Origin: Mobula hypostoma
Taxonomy: Eukaryota
Assembly (NCBI RefSeq): GCF_963921235.1
Contig: NC_086108.1
Location: 9,982,001 to 10,046,000, forward strand
Length of the DNA stretch: 64,000 bases
Reading direction: 5' to 3'
Below the pieces are notes generated by a model. That model saw only the letters and a program-made list of their open reading frames with translations, was not told where the DNA came from and made no database searches. Positions 12,570 through 25,614 of the stretch are shown in pieces. Position 1 is the first letter of the stretch. The number at the start of each line of letters is the position of its first letter. The position numbers and the translations under genes are program-made.

Positions 12570-12842
12570 GGCCAGCACAACAGCGTCGTGGTTAGCAGAA
12601 CACTCTGCAGTACCAGTTCTCCTGGGTTCAATTCCCGCCACTGCCTGTGAGGATTTTGAACACTGACCACATCGGCTTCCTCCGGGTGCTTCAATTCCAT
12701 CCCACAGTCCAACAACGTTCTGGTTGGTAGGTAGAGCATTGCAAGTTGCCCTGTGGTTAGGTGAGAGTTAAATCAGGAGATTACAGGTGGTGTGGCTCGA
12801 AGGGAGGATGGCCTGTTCTGCGCTGTATCTCAATAAATAAAA
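12570..12842 (+). mobile_element. V-SINE (HE1-like, tRNA-derived) inserted in a Penelope pLTR remnant
   Basis: A/B-box-like head (GTGGTTAGCA...GGGTTCAATTCCCG), V-domain TTCCTCCGGGTGCT...CCCACAGTCCAA, CAATAAATAAA tail; flanks 12512-12566 and 12843-12930 are pLTR halves. Confidence 0.8.
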
Positions 12843-13024
12843 CACTCAACAGGTCAGGTAGCATCTGTGGAGAGGGATAATGACCTCTAAGGGAGTGTGT
12901 TGGCCCGAAATGTATCCTCCATAGGTGCTGTCTGGGTTGGAGTAATAGAGGACACCATTGTCTTACACAACTTCAACTGAGCGTTCCAATTCCTGTACTC
13001 AGTACTCTGATTTATGGTGGCCAG

Positions 13025-13470
13025 TAGGTGGCGGGTGGAGCTATGTCTCTACCAAAGGAGGTGTAAGGTGCTTCTTCCCCTTCACTTGCCTGCAGGAGCC
13101 ATGGGGGCAGGTGCTGGATGGTTGTATGAGCAGCTGGTGCACATCACAAGTCCTGGTTATGCGACCACTGACGCCAGGCAGACTATCTTTGGCGAGTATT
13201 GATAATGGCTGGGGTCACCCGTCTTGTAATGGCACTGCCCAGAAGATGTCAATAGCAAACCTCTTCTGTAGTTGCCAAGAACAATTATTGTTATGGAAAG
13301 AACAGAAAGTCTGCAGATGCTGGGAATCCGAGCATCATACATAAAATGCTGGAGGAACTCAGCAGGCCAGGCAGCATTTATGGAAAAGAGTACAGTCGAC
13401 GTTTCAGGCTGAGACCCTTCATCATGGAAAGACCATGATTGTTCACGTATGGCACAGAACGAATGAACGA
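13025..13470 (+). mobile_element. RTE-derived SINE-like element, interrupted by a Penelope pLTR piece (13302-13423)
   Basis: Homology to 2772-3166; ATGGAAAGA duplicated at 13293-13301 and 13424-13432. Confidence 0.8.
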
Positions 13471-13610
13471 AAGAATAAAGGCTCTCCAGCATCATGTGTG
13501 TGACCTCTTAATCTACCAGGTCTTGGCCTTGGCTGCATCGCACTAGCTGTTACAGTTCATTCTACATTCTGTTATTGTTTTCCCTTGAACTATCAAATGC
13601 ACTGTGTAAT

Positions 13611-13914
13611 GGTGCGTGGCCAAGTGGTCGTGGCACGTGGCCAAGTGGTTAAGGCGTCGGGCTAGTGGTCTGAAGGTCGCTAGTTCGAGCCTCAGCTGAG
13701 GCAACGTGTTGTGTCCTTGAGCAAGGCACTTAGCCACTCATTGCTCTGTGACGACACCGGTGCCAAGCTGTATCGGCCCTAGTGCCCTTTCCTTGGACAC
13801 CATCGGTGGCGTGGAGAGAGGAGACTTGCAGCATGGGCAACTGCTGGTCTTCCAAACAACCTTGCCCAGGCCTCGGTCAACATCGAAAATCGATGGACAG
13901 CCGAAGACGAAGAA
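13611..13914 (+). mobile_element. tRNA-derived CORE-type SINE with TSD
   Basis: A box TGGCCAAGTGG, B box AGTTCGAGCC, CORE-like GTGTCCTTGAGCAAGGCACTTA, (GAA)-like tail; GCACTGTGTAAT duplicated at 13599-13610 and 13915-13926. Confidence 0.88.
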
Positions 13915-14002
13915 GCACTGTGTAATGAAATGATCTGTGTGGACGACATGCTGAACAAAGTTTCACATTCTACCTCAGCACATGTGACGGTAATAAATCA
14001 AT

Positions 14003-14110
14003 TTCATCATCACCATCACCATCATCATATTCATCATTATCTTCATTATTTTTTTCATCATCACCATCGTCATCATAATCATCATCGTGTTGGATGATGA
14101 AGATGATCAT
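14003..14110. repeat. Degenerate (CAT)n microsatellite
   Basis: Direct inspection. Confidence 0.8.
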
Positions 14111-14207
14111 GGTCTTTGACCTCTAGGCCTCTGCTCCTTGCACAGACTCTCAATCATCTGTTTACACCTTTACACTGATTCCCTAGTGGATCCAACTCAA
14201 GGTTAAA

Positions 14208-14530
14208 TTCATCATCATCATCATCATTATGTGCCATACCTTGGCAAATTTTCTACAGTGGTGGTTTGCCATGTCCTTCTTCCGGGCAGAGTTTTTACCA
14301 GACAGGTGACCACAGCCATTATCAATACTCTTCAGAGATTGTCTGCCTGGAGCCAGTGGTTGGATAACCAGGACTTATGATATGCAGCGGCTGCTTGTAT
14401 GACCAACCACCACCTGTTCCCATGGCTTCACGTGTCCCTGATCGGGGTGGTGCTGGGGGGTAAGTAGGTGCTACACCTTGCCCGAGGGTGACCTGCAGGC
14501 TGGCGGAGGGAAGGAGTGTCTTACACTTCA
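14208..14530 (-). mobile_element. RTE-derived SINE-like element (third copy)
   Basis: Reverse complement matches 2772-3166; (CAT)n at 14208-14228 is its tail. Confidence 0.8.
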
Positions 14531-14994
14531 CCCCGTCACCCACTGTGCAGTGTCCTACCCAAATTATCTCCATTTTGAACTTACACATTTTACATCTCAG
14601 TGCACCTTTACAGTCAGGGCAGCAGCAACCCTGCCTGCAGCCACCACGCATCCATAAGGATCGTGTGCAAGGATCTGCCTGTAAAGGACAGCTCCATCCT
14701 GCATCACGCCAAACACTGTAGCTGATTTAGAGAACCAGCCACTTCTTGCAACGATGGTCACCACTTGCTTTAACAGTCTCAGTTGCTGGGAAATAACGTT
14801 AATTGGTCTGGAGTTAAGCCAGCTCTTTGCTTTTGGTTAGTAATTGATCATGCTTGCCGATTACAACTTAATGAAGCACATGTTCTGGGAGATATCACTG
14901 CCAGGCAACTGGGAGTCCAGGAAACTCAGCTAATTCTGTCTACTGTCAGAAGGGCCAGCACCTTTTTCCCAGGGCGGTCTTGACTAATCCAAAT

Positions 14995-15680
14995 GGACAA
15001 ACTGGCAGAACTGGTCCTCACCCTGAACGATTTTTCCTTTGGCTCCTCCCACTTTCTCCAAACTCAAGGGTTAGCCATGGGCACCCGCAAAGGCTGTGCC
15101 TGCCTCTTCGTTGGCAGTCCACATTCAAAGCCTTCACCAGTTATACTCCCGAAATCTTTCTCTGCTACATCGGTGACTGCATTGGTTCTGCTTCATGAAC
15201 CCATGCTGAGCTCGGCAATTTTATCAACTTTGCCCCTAACTTCCAACCTGCCCTTAAATTCACTGACTCCACCTCTGACACCTCCCACCCCTCTATCAAT
15301 CTCTCTGTCTCCATCTCTGCAGACAGCCTGTCAATGACATCATTTATAAACCTGCTGATTCTCATGGTTATCTCAACCATACCTCCTCCCTCCCCGTCTC
15401 CTGTAGAAATGCTATTCCCTTTTCTCAGTTCCCGGGATGTGGCTTTCCATTCCAGGACACCAGAGATGTCCTCCTTCTTTAAAGATAGGGTTTCCCTTCC
15501 TCTGCTATTGATGCTGCCCTCACCCTCATCTCCTCCATTTCTTGTACATCCCATCTTCCTGGCACCTTAACAGTGATCAAGTCCCTCTTGTCCTTACCTA
15601 CCGCCCCCATGAGCCTCTGCATCCAATATTCTCTGTAACTTCTGCCATCTCCCAAAGGACCTTACCTCCAAACAAATTGT
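14995..15680 (+). mobile_element. Penelope-like reverse transcriptase fragment (pseudogene)
   Basis: LAELVLTLNDFSFGSSHFLQTQGLAMGT, FLCYIGDCIG (YIDD relic), DVAFHSRTPEMSSFFKDR, VPLVLTY; frameshifted. Confidence 0.9.
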
Positions 15681-16448
15681 GGTGCACCCGGGGTGGAGGG
15701 CGGTTGGAGGGGAAACTGCCCCCAGCATTCCTGGCAGCCAGTGCTGCTTATTGTCCTTGTTTTAAAATGCGTTCATTGGATTATGGTGGGATGTTCACGT
15801 TCACTTATTGTTGTGTTTTAGCTTGGGTTATAGTTATTTGCTTGTGTGTTTGTGGGTCAGGTTGTACACTGTATACATTGTCTGATATTAAATTGAGCCA
15901 TTGAGCCAAGCTTCACCCTTCCATGCCAATCAGCACACATGTACACACCCACACGACTGGGTCTGCAGGGCCCCAGTCTCACTGCTTCCACTCCCAAGAC
16001 CACAGCATTGGTGACTTTCAAAGTTCAAAGTACACCTATTATCAAAGTACCTACGCTTATCCAGCCTTGGGATTCGTCTCCTTATGGGCAGCCACAAAAC
16101 AAAGAAACACAATAGAACCCATTTCAAGCAAAAGAAGACTGGCAAACACCCAACGTGCAGAGAGAGAGAGAAAACAAATTGTGCAAAGAATAATGATTCA
16201 AATGGGTCCACTTAACATCAGAGAATGTATACAGTACACAACCTTTTCACAGACATCCACGAAACACAAAAAAACCCGAAGAATGAATGACAGAGAGATC
16301 AGAACTCCGAAGTCCCCCGTCCCCCTGCCACGTCCAAACAACTACAAAAGCATTAAGCTTCCACACCTCCCCCTCCCCCCACAATGCAGGAGTAGCAATG
16401 CCTCCAAAGGGACCACGATCTGGAGGCCATCAAAAATTACAGTCCATC

Positions 16449-16867
16449 TCGTTGGAATTTAGAAGATTGAGGGGGGATCTGATTGAAACGTATAAAATCC
16501 TAAAGGGATTAGACAGGCTAGATGCAGGAAGATTGTTCCCGATGTTGGGGAAGTCCAGAACAAGGGGTCACAGTTTGAGGATAAAGGGGAAGCGTTTTAG
16601 GACCGAGATTAGGAAAAACTTCTTCACACAGAGAGTGGTGAATCTGTGGAATTCTCTGCCACAGGAAACAGTTGAGGCCAGTTCATTGGCTATATTTAAG
16701 AGGGAGTTAGATATGGCCCTTGTGGCTACAGGGGTCAGGGGGTATGGAGGGAAGGCTGGGGCGGGGTTCTGAGTTGGATGATCAGCCATGATCATAATAA
16801 ATGGCGGTGCAGGCTCGAAGGGCCGAATGGCCTACTCCTGCACCTATTTTCTATGTTTCTATGTTTC
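16449..16867 (+). mobile_element. CR1 LINE 3' end (young subfamily)
   Basis: SLEFRRLRGDLIETYKILKGLD...FFTQRVVNLWNSLP; near-identical to 19981-20360 and 29520-29938; (TTTCTATG)n tail. Confidence 0.95.
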
Positions 16868-17714
16868 TATCCCAACACTTTGGTATCTCAGACAGACTCT
16901 CTCTCTCTAGCGAGGGAGAGAACGGTTGCTCCAGTAAAAGTAAGCGAATAACGTTGAGAACTGAAGTTTATGAGAGCAAGTCCGTCCGCAGATATGAAGC
17001 CAGGCATCGTGGCAGCTGATGCAGGGGCAGGCCACGGCCTCAGTTCAGCGCAGAGCCGAGTTAATGTCACGGAGCAGCAAACGACACTGATGTTGGTTTA
17101 GAGTTCTTACACTGTAATCATTCTAAGTATTGCTGTGCTGGTGGCAGCCAGGGGATAGTCTTCTCATTTATAGTCATTCTGCTGGTTTACTTAAACTCAG
17201 GATTCAAATAGAACCGTTTTATTAAGGTTTGAGAAAACAATGCCCTTGCAGACCTGTCACTGCTAAAAACCTCTCCCTTAAGAACTGCCTCTACTTAAAG
17301 CAGTGTTCTAATTGATTTGCTTTCAGTGACTGATACTGAAGGATTAAACATTTGAGTTATGAGCTCGAAGTGATGTGAAGCGTTCACGCCGAGTGCGAAG
17401 ATAGAGCTTCAATTAATGGTCTTACCCCAAAGGCAAGGATTGGAGAGTCAGATCACGCCCACCCGGGACAAAGCAGGCAAATACCTGGGCCAGAAAATCC
17501 TATGAATTAACAGTATCTATGAACAGGCAATGACATTGAGTTAAGGAGACGAGGAAAGGAAATCTGAGCCAAGTAGGCGGATACTTTTATCTGTTTATCA
17601 GTTCATTTTCTACCTACCTATCGATCTTCCTTTATTTCTATCCTCCTCCCTCCCTCTCTCTTTCTTTCTACCATTCTTTTTCTTTCTGTCCCCTAGTTCA
17701 GTTTAATTTAGTGA

Positions 17715-18275
17715 TGTGTCGTTCGTTGACTGCAGGTCGCAGATCCAGTCCGTCCCGATCAAACTCGCACAAAATAGCAACCAGAAACTGGAAACACATC
17801 ATAACATGAACTGCAGAGTCCAGTCCACAAACTGCGTCAATTAAACCTTGACCGAGATCCAAGACTCCGGCACCATCCTGCAGCAGCATTGTGCAAGTAG
17901 GAGAGAGAGACTTATCAAACATGGGCACCTTCCTCCGGGAGCAATAAGCAAGAGAGAACTGGTCAAACCCAGGCAGATGACGCTGAACACTCGCTCGCCT
18001 TCTGCTCTCATCCTTGTTGATTTCAATCTTGCTCAATGCCTTAATTGGTGAGATCAATGATAAGTGGAGTTGATCCTGGCTTCCAGGCTGCGTACTCTGT
18101 TCAAAACTTGGTCGGAGATAGCAAAGCGTCAGTTCGCTCAGTCAGCCCAAAAACACACCATCAAAATACAAATCACAGATTCCATTTGTAGCGGAATCAT
18201 ATTTGAAAGAAGAAGTAAAAGAAGTAGTTTTGTGGACTGTCTGAAGGACGTCACTTTTGGTTGTGTTGTTTGCTG
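17715..18275 (-). repeat. Unclassified interspersed non-coding repeat
   Basis: Reverse complement aligns with 8065-8345. Confidence 0.7.
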
Positions 18276-18454
18276 GACCTATCTTCTTCTTCATCTATTT
18301 CCAAATTGGGGAATTAAGAACCAAAGGGCACAGATTTAAGATGAGAGGGGAAAATTTGATAGGAACTGAGGAACAACATTTTCATACAGAGGGTGGGCTG
18401 CATATAAAACGAGCTGACAGAGAAAGTAGTTGAGTAGCAACGTCCAAAAGATTC

Positions 18455-18640
18455 CTTTGGGTGCTCCAGTTTCCTCCCACAGTCCAAAGACGTACTAGTT
18501 GGTAGATTAATTGGTCATTGTAACTTGTCCCGTGACTGGACTTGCTCAGATTAAATCAGGGGATTGCTGGCCAGCGTGGCTGGAGAGCTGGAAAGGTCTA
18601 TTCCAAGCTGCATCCCAATAATTAAATAGAAATACATAAA
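18455..18640 (+). mobile_element. 5'-truncated V-SINE inside a CR1 3' remnant
   Basis: GGGTGCTCCAGTTTCCTCCCACAGTCCAAAGACGTA...; CR1-like sequence on both sides (18310-18450, 18645-18700). Confidence 0.75.
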
Positions 18641-19084
18641 ATAAAAAGATACTTGGACGGGTGCATGGATAGGACAGGTGGGTCAAACATGGGCAAACTA
18701 GCAGTTTTCCTCACAAGACCATGTAACCATTCCAGTTAATTGCTATTTAGCTTTCTCTGAAGTCCTTCAGAATCAGAATCGGGTTTAATATCAAAGTTCA
18801 AAGTCAATTTTATTATCAAAGTAACCATATACAACTCTGACATTCATTTTCTTGAGGGCATTCTCAACACATCGATGGAATAGTAGCTATAACAGAATCA
18901 ATGAATGACTGCCAGACTAGGGGTTTCAACCAGAGTGCAGAAGGTACTTGTCATAAAATTTATTGTTATACGGCAGCATACATTGCAAGACATAATAATA
19001 AAACTGTAAATTACAGTAAGAAGTAGGTAAATATTGAAAAGGTTTAATTAAATAAGCAGTGCAAAAAGAGAGGGATAAGTAGTG

Positions 19085-20810
19085 AGTTGTGTTCATGGGT
19101 TCAATGTCTGTTCAGAAATCTGATGGCAAAGAGGAAGAAGCTGTTCCTGAAGCATTGAGTGTGTGTTTTCAGGCTCCTGTACCTCCTCCCTAATGGTAGC
19201 AATGAGAAGAAGGCACGTCCTGGGTGATGGGGGTCCTTAATAATGGACGCCACCGTTTTGTGGCATCGCTCCTTGAAGATGTCCTGAATACTATGGAGGC
19301 TAGTACCCAAGATGGAGCTGAACTTTCTCTTGGTCCAGTGCAGTAGTCCCCACTCAAACCCCCAAAACCATACTAGCCAGTGACACAGCCTGTCAGAATG
19401 CTTTCCACAGTACATCTACAGAATTTTTTGAGTGTTTTAGGTGACAAGCCAAATCTATGAAGTATCTAATGAAGTAAAGCTGCTGTCTTGCCTTCTTTAT
19501 AGCTGCATCGATATGTTGGGACCAGGTTAGGTTCTCAAAGATCTTGACACCCAGAAACTTGAAACTGCTCACTCTCTCCACTTCTGATCCCTCTATGAGG
19601 ATTGGTTAGGGTTCCCTTGTCTTATCCTTCCTGAAGTCCACAATCAGCTCTTCCGACTTACTGACGTTGAGTGCCAGGTTGTTGCTGTGACACCACCTGT
19701 CTCGCTGATACATCCTGCTGTTGTACGCCCTCTCATCTCATCTGAGATTCTACCAACACTGGTTGTGTCATTAGCAAATTTACAGATGGCATTTGAGCTA
19801 TACCTAGCCATGCATTCATGAGTATAGAGGGATTCAGAGCAGTGGGCTAAGCACACACCCCTGAGGTTTGCCAGTGTTGATTGTCAGCAAGGAGGAGATG
19901 TTGTCATCAATCCTCACAGATTGAGGTCTTCCGGTTAGGAAGTCAAATATCCAAATGAAGAGGGAGGTACAGAGGCCCAGATCCTAAAGGGATTGGACAG
20001 GCTAGATGCGGGAAGATTGTTCCCGATGTTGGGGAGGTCCAGAACGAGGGGTCACAGTTTGAGGATAGAGGGGAAGCCTTTTAGGACCGAGATTAGGAAA
20101 AACTTCTTCACACAGAGAGTGGTGAATCTGTGGAATTCTCTGCCACAGGAAACAGTTGAGGCCAGTTCATTGGCTATATTTAAGAGGGAGTTAGATATGG
20201 CCCTTGTGGCTACGGGGGTCAGGGAGTATGGAGGGAAGGCTGGGTTCTGAGTAGGATGATCAGCCATGATCATAATAAATGGCGGTGCAGGCTCGAGGGG
20301 CCGAATGGCCTACTCCTGCACCTATTTTCTATGTTTCTATGTTTCTATGTTTCTATGTTTCTGTAACTCATTCAGTCAGGATTGTAAAGATGATGGTGTT
20401 AAACACTGAGCAATAGTCAATGAGTGGCATCCTGACACAGATGTTTGTGTTGTCCAGGTGATCCAAGTCCGTGTGAACAGCCACTGAGATTGCGTCTGCC
20501 ATTGACCTGTTGTGGCGATAAGCAAACTGCAGTGGGTCCAGCTCCTTGCTGAGGCAGGAGCTGATTCTAGTCATGACCAACCTTTCAAAGCATTCCATCA
20601 TCGTAGATGTGAGTGCTACTAGGCAATAGTCATTAAGGCAGCTCACACTACTCTTCTTTGGCACTGGTATAATTATTGCCTTTTCTGAAACAGGTAGGAA
20701 CTTCCAACCCTAGTAGTGAGAGGTTGAAAATGTCCTTGGATACTTCTGCCAGATGGTTAGCAGAAGATTTCAAAGCCTTACCAAGTAGTCCATCAGGGCC
20801 TGGCACCTTG
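19085..20810 (-). mobile_element. Rex1/Babar LINE ORF2 relic, interrupted by CR1 (19981-20360)
   Basis: PGPDG..., [23 protein letters not shown]...[39 protein letters not shown]...RNSFF; many disablements. Confidence 0.92.
19981..20360 (+). mobile_element. CR1 LINE 3' end (young subfamily)
   Basis: Same sequence family as 16449-16867; four TTTCTATG-type tail repeats. Confidence 0.95.
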
Positions 20811-20837
20811 TGCATCAGCTTTATTATCATTGACATA

Positions 20838-21679
20838 CACTCAGTGACCACTTCATTCGGTACCTCCTGTACGCAATAAAGGGGCCACTGTGTACACTCG
20901 TGCTCTACCGCAGCCGTAGCCCAGGGTTCGTTCAGAGATGCTCTTCTGCACACCATTAATGTAATGAGTGGTTATTGGAGTTACTGTCACCTACCTGTCA
21001 GCTAGAACCAGTCTGGCCTCTCTCAATAACAAAGTATTTTTGCCTGCAGAATGGACAGCACGGTAGCATAGTGATCAGCACAACACTTCACAGCACCAGC
21101 AACACGGGTTCGATTCCCGCTGCTGCCTGTAAGGAGTTTGTATGTTCTCCCTGTGACCGCGTGGATTTCCTCCGGGTGCTCCCGTTTCCTCCAACGGTCC
21201 AAAGACCGACCAGTTGGTGGGTTAATCGGTCATTGTAAATTGTCCTGTGGTTAGGCTTGGGTTAAATCGGAGGGTGAGCGGGTGCTGGGCGGGGCAGATC
21301 AAAGAGCCAGAATGGCCTATTCCGTGCTGTAATTCAATAGATAAATTAAAAATTAAAAAATAAACTGCCATACATTTGATGTTTTTTTTTGTTTTTGCAT
21401 CATTCTCTGTAAAGTCTAAAAACTCCTGTGTATGAAAATCCCAGCAGTGCAGCAGTTTCTGAGATACTCAGACCACCCCATCTGGCACCAATAATCATTC
21501 CACAGTCAAAGTCACTTAGAGCACATTTCTTCCCCACTCTGATGTTTGGTCTGAACAACAACTGAACCTCTTGACCATGTCTGCATACTTTTATGCATTG
21601 AGCTGTTGCCACATGATTGGCTGATTAGATATTTAACGAGCAGGTGTACAGGTGTATCGAATAAAGTGGTCACTGAGTA
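20838..21679 (-). mobile_element. Non-autonomous Tc1/mariner element with TIRs and TA TSD
   Basis: TA|CACTCAGTGACCACTTCATTCGGTAC ... GTATCGAATAAAGTGGTCACTGAGTA|TA; minus-strand relic of the Tc1 HTH (GKKCALSDFDCGMIIGARWGGLSISETAALLGFS). Confidence 0.88.
21053..21364 (+). mobile_element. V-SINE (HE1-like), near full length, nested in the Tc1 element
   Basis: GGACAGCACGGTAGCATAGTG...GGGTTCGATTCCCG head, V-domain GCGTGGATTTCCTCCGGGTGCTCCCGTTTCCTCC, A-rich tail. Confidence 0.9.
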
Positions 21680-22284
21680 TATGTCGTGAAATGTATTTTT
21701 GTGGTTGCAGTACAATGCATTACCATTACCATAAATTTCAAAAATATTAAGTAGTGCGAGGGAGGAATAGTGAGGAATAGTGGTAATCGTGGGTTCGTGC
21801 ACTGTTCAAAAATCCAGTGGTGGAGCTGAGAAAGCTGTTTCTGAATTCTTGTGTGTGAGTCTTCAAGCTCCTGTACCTCCTCCCCGTTTCCCTCTTTCCT
21901 CTTATGGGAGTACCCAGAAGCAAAGAACATCATTTAATTTGGAAGTCACTAATGTCAGACAATACTGAGATGAACTGCAGTCTCTCTCAGAGGATGGTGA
22001 GTCTTCGTGACTCCTTTTTTCCTCGAGGGGCATTAAAGGCAGAGCCTTTGGACCGAAGAGGTGAAGACATGGGGGCGAAGGGTCATGGGGTTAAAGGTTA
22101 CACTCTGATTATCCACGACGTTACTGAGTGATGGGGGAGGTTGGGATGGCCAAGCGGAGGACTCCAGGTCCCTATTCTTGCATTCTTCCTGTATTTCAAT
22201 GGTTCTATGGTTCAATAGTTCCATTTAATATGAGAGAAGGTTTATGATATACAACCTGAAATTCTTGTTCTTCACACACCATAA

Positions 22285-22700
22285 GACCACAAGATATAGG
22301 AGCAGCATTAGGCCATTTGTGGTGGCAGGAGAGGGGGATTGATGAATTTGCTGCTGTTTGTTTGAAGGGAGGGGGAGCAGAGGCTTCGGGGTTTCGGCGT
22401 TTGTATCATTCATTCTATTTTGTGAATGTCTGTGAAGAGTAAGGATTTCAGGTTGTATACTGTACACATTCTCTGATATTAAATGGAATTGTTGAACAGT
22501 TGGCCCATCAATTCAGCTCTGACATGTCATCATGGCTGATCCCATTTCCCTCTCAGTCTCAATATCCTGTCTTCTCCCTGTATCCCTTCATGCCCTGACT
22601 AGCCAAGAATCTATCAACCTCTGCCTTAAATATATGTAATGACTTGACCTCCACAGCCACCCATGGCAATGAATTTCACAGATTCACCATCCTCTAGACA
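22285..22700 (-). mobile_element. CR1 3' end remnant split by a short repeat
   Basis: CATAAGACCACAAGATATAGGAGCAGCATTAGGCCATT (22280-22320) resumes at 22500 GGCCCATC...GAATTTCACAGATTCACCA. Confidence 0.7.
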
Positions 22701-23084
22701 GATGACACCAGCGAACAACACTACCAAAGGCCGCAGCCTCAAGTCGGGTCACGAAGCAACTCCTTTCATTTCTCTTACATCTTTTTGTTTCAGCCTGTTA
22801 TCTACATTATGGCATTGTGCTTTTGGGCCGATCGGGCGATCTGGCGTTTTGCTGTCTCCGAGAGGTTTCCACGGGGCTGTGAGTGAAGGGGGTGGCATGT
22901 GGACTGGGAAGCCTGGAGCCGGGCCGCGAGCCCAAAACTGACTCAATTCCTCACCGATCTCACTAATTAAAGCACCGAGGAAGATTGAAATCTTCAAAGC
23001 GAGTGTGGAGGGTGAGAAAATGTCCCCCTCTCTCCCTCTCCCTCTCACTCGCTGTTCCCAAAGGCTGGTTCTTGTGCTTGAATT

Positions 23085-23237
<153 letters not shown>

Positions 23238-24396
23238 TCAACGCTGAGGGAGGATGGGACTGGAGCAAGGTTTAAGCAATGTGGTTTGTGAACCGTGGAC
23301 AAATCGTAGTTCACAAGATGATGTGTTCTAGTTTCTGGTCTCTTCTTTTCTTTTGCTGCTTTTTTTGGCCGATTTTGAATTGGGGTGGCCTACAGATGAT
23401 GAACATGGAGTTGAACTGAAATATGCTTTTTGATTTTGAGTACTTTATTCTGTGATTTTACTCATTTTTTTGTTGCTGTTTGTGCGAAGGGGTTTTGATG
23501 TTTGATGTTTTTTCTTTGAATGGTTCTCCTTTTATTTGTGGCTGTGGGGAAGATGAATGTACACTGCATACTACTTTGATAATAAATCTACTTTGAATCC
23601 TTTGACTTCAAATGTGTCACATGGTGCTGCGGACCTCCGGCCAGAGGGGGTGCTGTAGGGTTCTAATGAAATATAAAGTCCTCAGCCTGTGCTGGATGGC
23701 CTGACCTAATTACTTTGCTTTGGTCCTCAGAGACCCTTGGAAATCCAGGCAGTATCTCAGTGTCAGTGTAAATCCAAAAGAAATCCCCAGTTTTAATCAT
23801 GTCTCCTGGAGCTGCCTGCCTGGGGAGATTGATTAGTATGTTAATGTACAGTTCACAATGCAAATTCCAGAGGTATATTTTTAGAAGCGAGTGCGTTATT
23901 TTGCAAAACCACAGTGTGATTAGGAATGAAATTTTTGAATGATTTTTTTTCTCTCTGCTTAACTGAACCAATCTTCTGCTGAATGGAGCTATTTATTCTG
24001 GCTCATCTTAGCACTGATAACTTTCCACGAGGTGCTGCATGTACAGTTTGCAGCTAATAACACATTAAATATGCCAAATGCCTCCATCGATCATTATCAA
24101 TAGCACAAAGCCACGAGTACCAGCTGTCCGACGCTCCCGTCTGCCCGAGGATGGACCACAGTTTGGGTGGGAGCTGTGGCAATCTGCTCAAGGTCAGCCA
24201 GCCTCCTAAGAGCAGGAGACACCTATCAATCATCACCAGTCCTGCGTGCTCAGTGCACAAGCATTCCATCCCTGCCCCTTTCGTGGGTTCGGTTCTCACC
24301 AAAGATGCTGCAAAGGCAAAACCTTTGGCGGCCCAGTGATGCCATCAGAACAATCCGCATGAGCGGGGCATTTTGAAGGGCATAGGGGAGCAATCA

Positions 24397-24682
24397 ACAG
24401 ATGCTGGAAATCCAAAGCAACACATACAAGATGCTGGAGTAACTCAGCAGGTCAGGCAGCATCTATGGAAAAGAGTTTCAGGCTAAAACCCTTCTTCAGG
24501 ACTGGGAAGGAAGTCGGGAGATGCCTGAATAAAAAGGTGGGGGAAGGGGAAAGAGGCTAGTTGGAAGGTGAAGCCAGGTGGGTGGGAAAGGTCAGGGGCT
24601 GGAAAAGAAAGAGTCTGATAGGAGAGAAGAGAAGGAGGAGGGGACCAGGGGTTAGTAATGTGCAAGTGAGAAGAAGTAAAGG
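24397..24682 (-). mobile_element. Penelope pseudo-LTR fragment
   Basis: CAGATGCTGGAAATCCAAAGCAACAC...AACTCAGCAGGTCAGGCAGCATC; minus strand CAGTC-CTGAAGA-AGGGTTTTAGCCT-GAAAC. Confidence 0.85.
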
Positions 24683-25614
24683 AATTTTACTTTCATCTAA
24701 AGATTAAAGTTTTAAAATAGTTTAATGTCATTTCCAGTACACAAGTGTAAAGGAGAATGAAATAATTGTTACTCGCAATCTGATGCAGCACAAAAAACAC
24801 AATAAGTTAAAGAACACAATAATAAGAAAAACACACAATAAATATAAAAGCATACAATAGCTTATATACATTATATTCAATTCAATTCAAGTTTAATTAT
24901 CATTCAGACAAAAATGAATACCCATGAGAGTGTTACTCTGGGGCCAAGGTACAAAACACAGTACCAGCAATCACACATAGCGCATACCTGAAAGCAAAAT
25001 GTAAGATATCAGTAAAACATAGCCAAGCAAAATAAAATACAGGGTAGTCCAGATCCTGAATCCATGCATGCCGCAGAAATCTGCAGTCATCTGTTTGGAG
25101 CTTGTCTTCTGCCAAGTGAACACTGGGGGGTAGCACCAACTCCAGCCTGGACACTATGCCACACCATCCCTGGTAGAGCGCACTGGCTTAAATGCCACTC
25201 TCCTGGCAGCTGTAAACAGATTGTGCATAGATAACATACAGCTTATACACACAGATAGTATGTCAATATGGTGACACTATGCATATAGGTTTCTGTATGT
25301 AAGGTGACTCTGACAGGAAATGATAAAGCAGTGGCGATTGGCGGTGTGGAGGGGTGGGTTAGTGGGTGGAGGTGTTGATCAGCCTTACTGCTTGGGGAAA
25401 GGAACTGTTTTTGAGTCTGGTGGTCCTGGCGAGGTTGCTACATAGCCTCCTTCCTGATGGGAGTGGGACAAACAATCCATGAGCAGTGTGAGTGGGATCC
25501 TTCATGATGTTATGGGCCCTTTTCAGTCAGATTTCTGTATATACGTCCTTGCTGGTGGGTAGCTTGGTGCCAGTGATGTGTTGGCAGTTTTGACAATATG
25601 TTGTAGAGCCGTCC

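Noticed and set aside
13611..13700. tRNA gene
   Set aside because: A/B boxes are present but continue into CORE and tail sequence with TSDs, so it is a SINE head. The 41837 and 21053 heads are likewise SINE heads.
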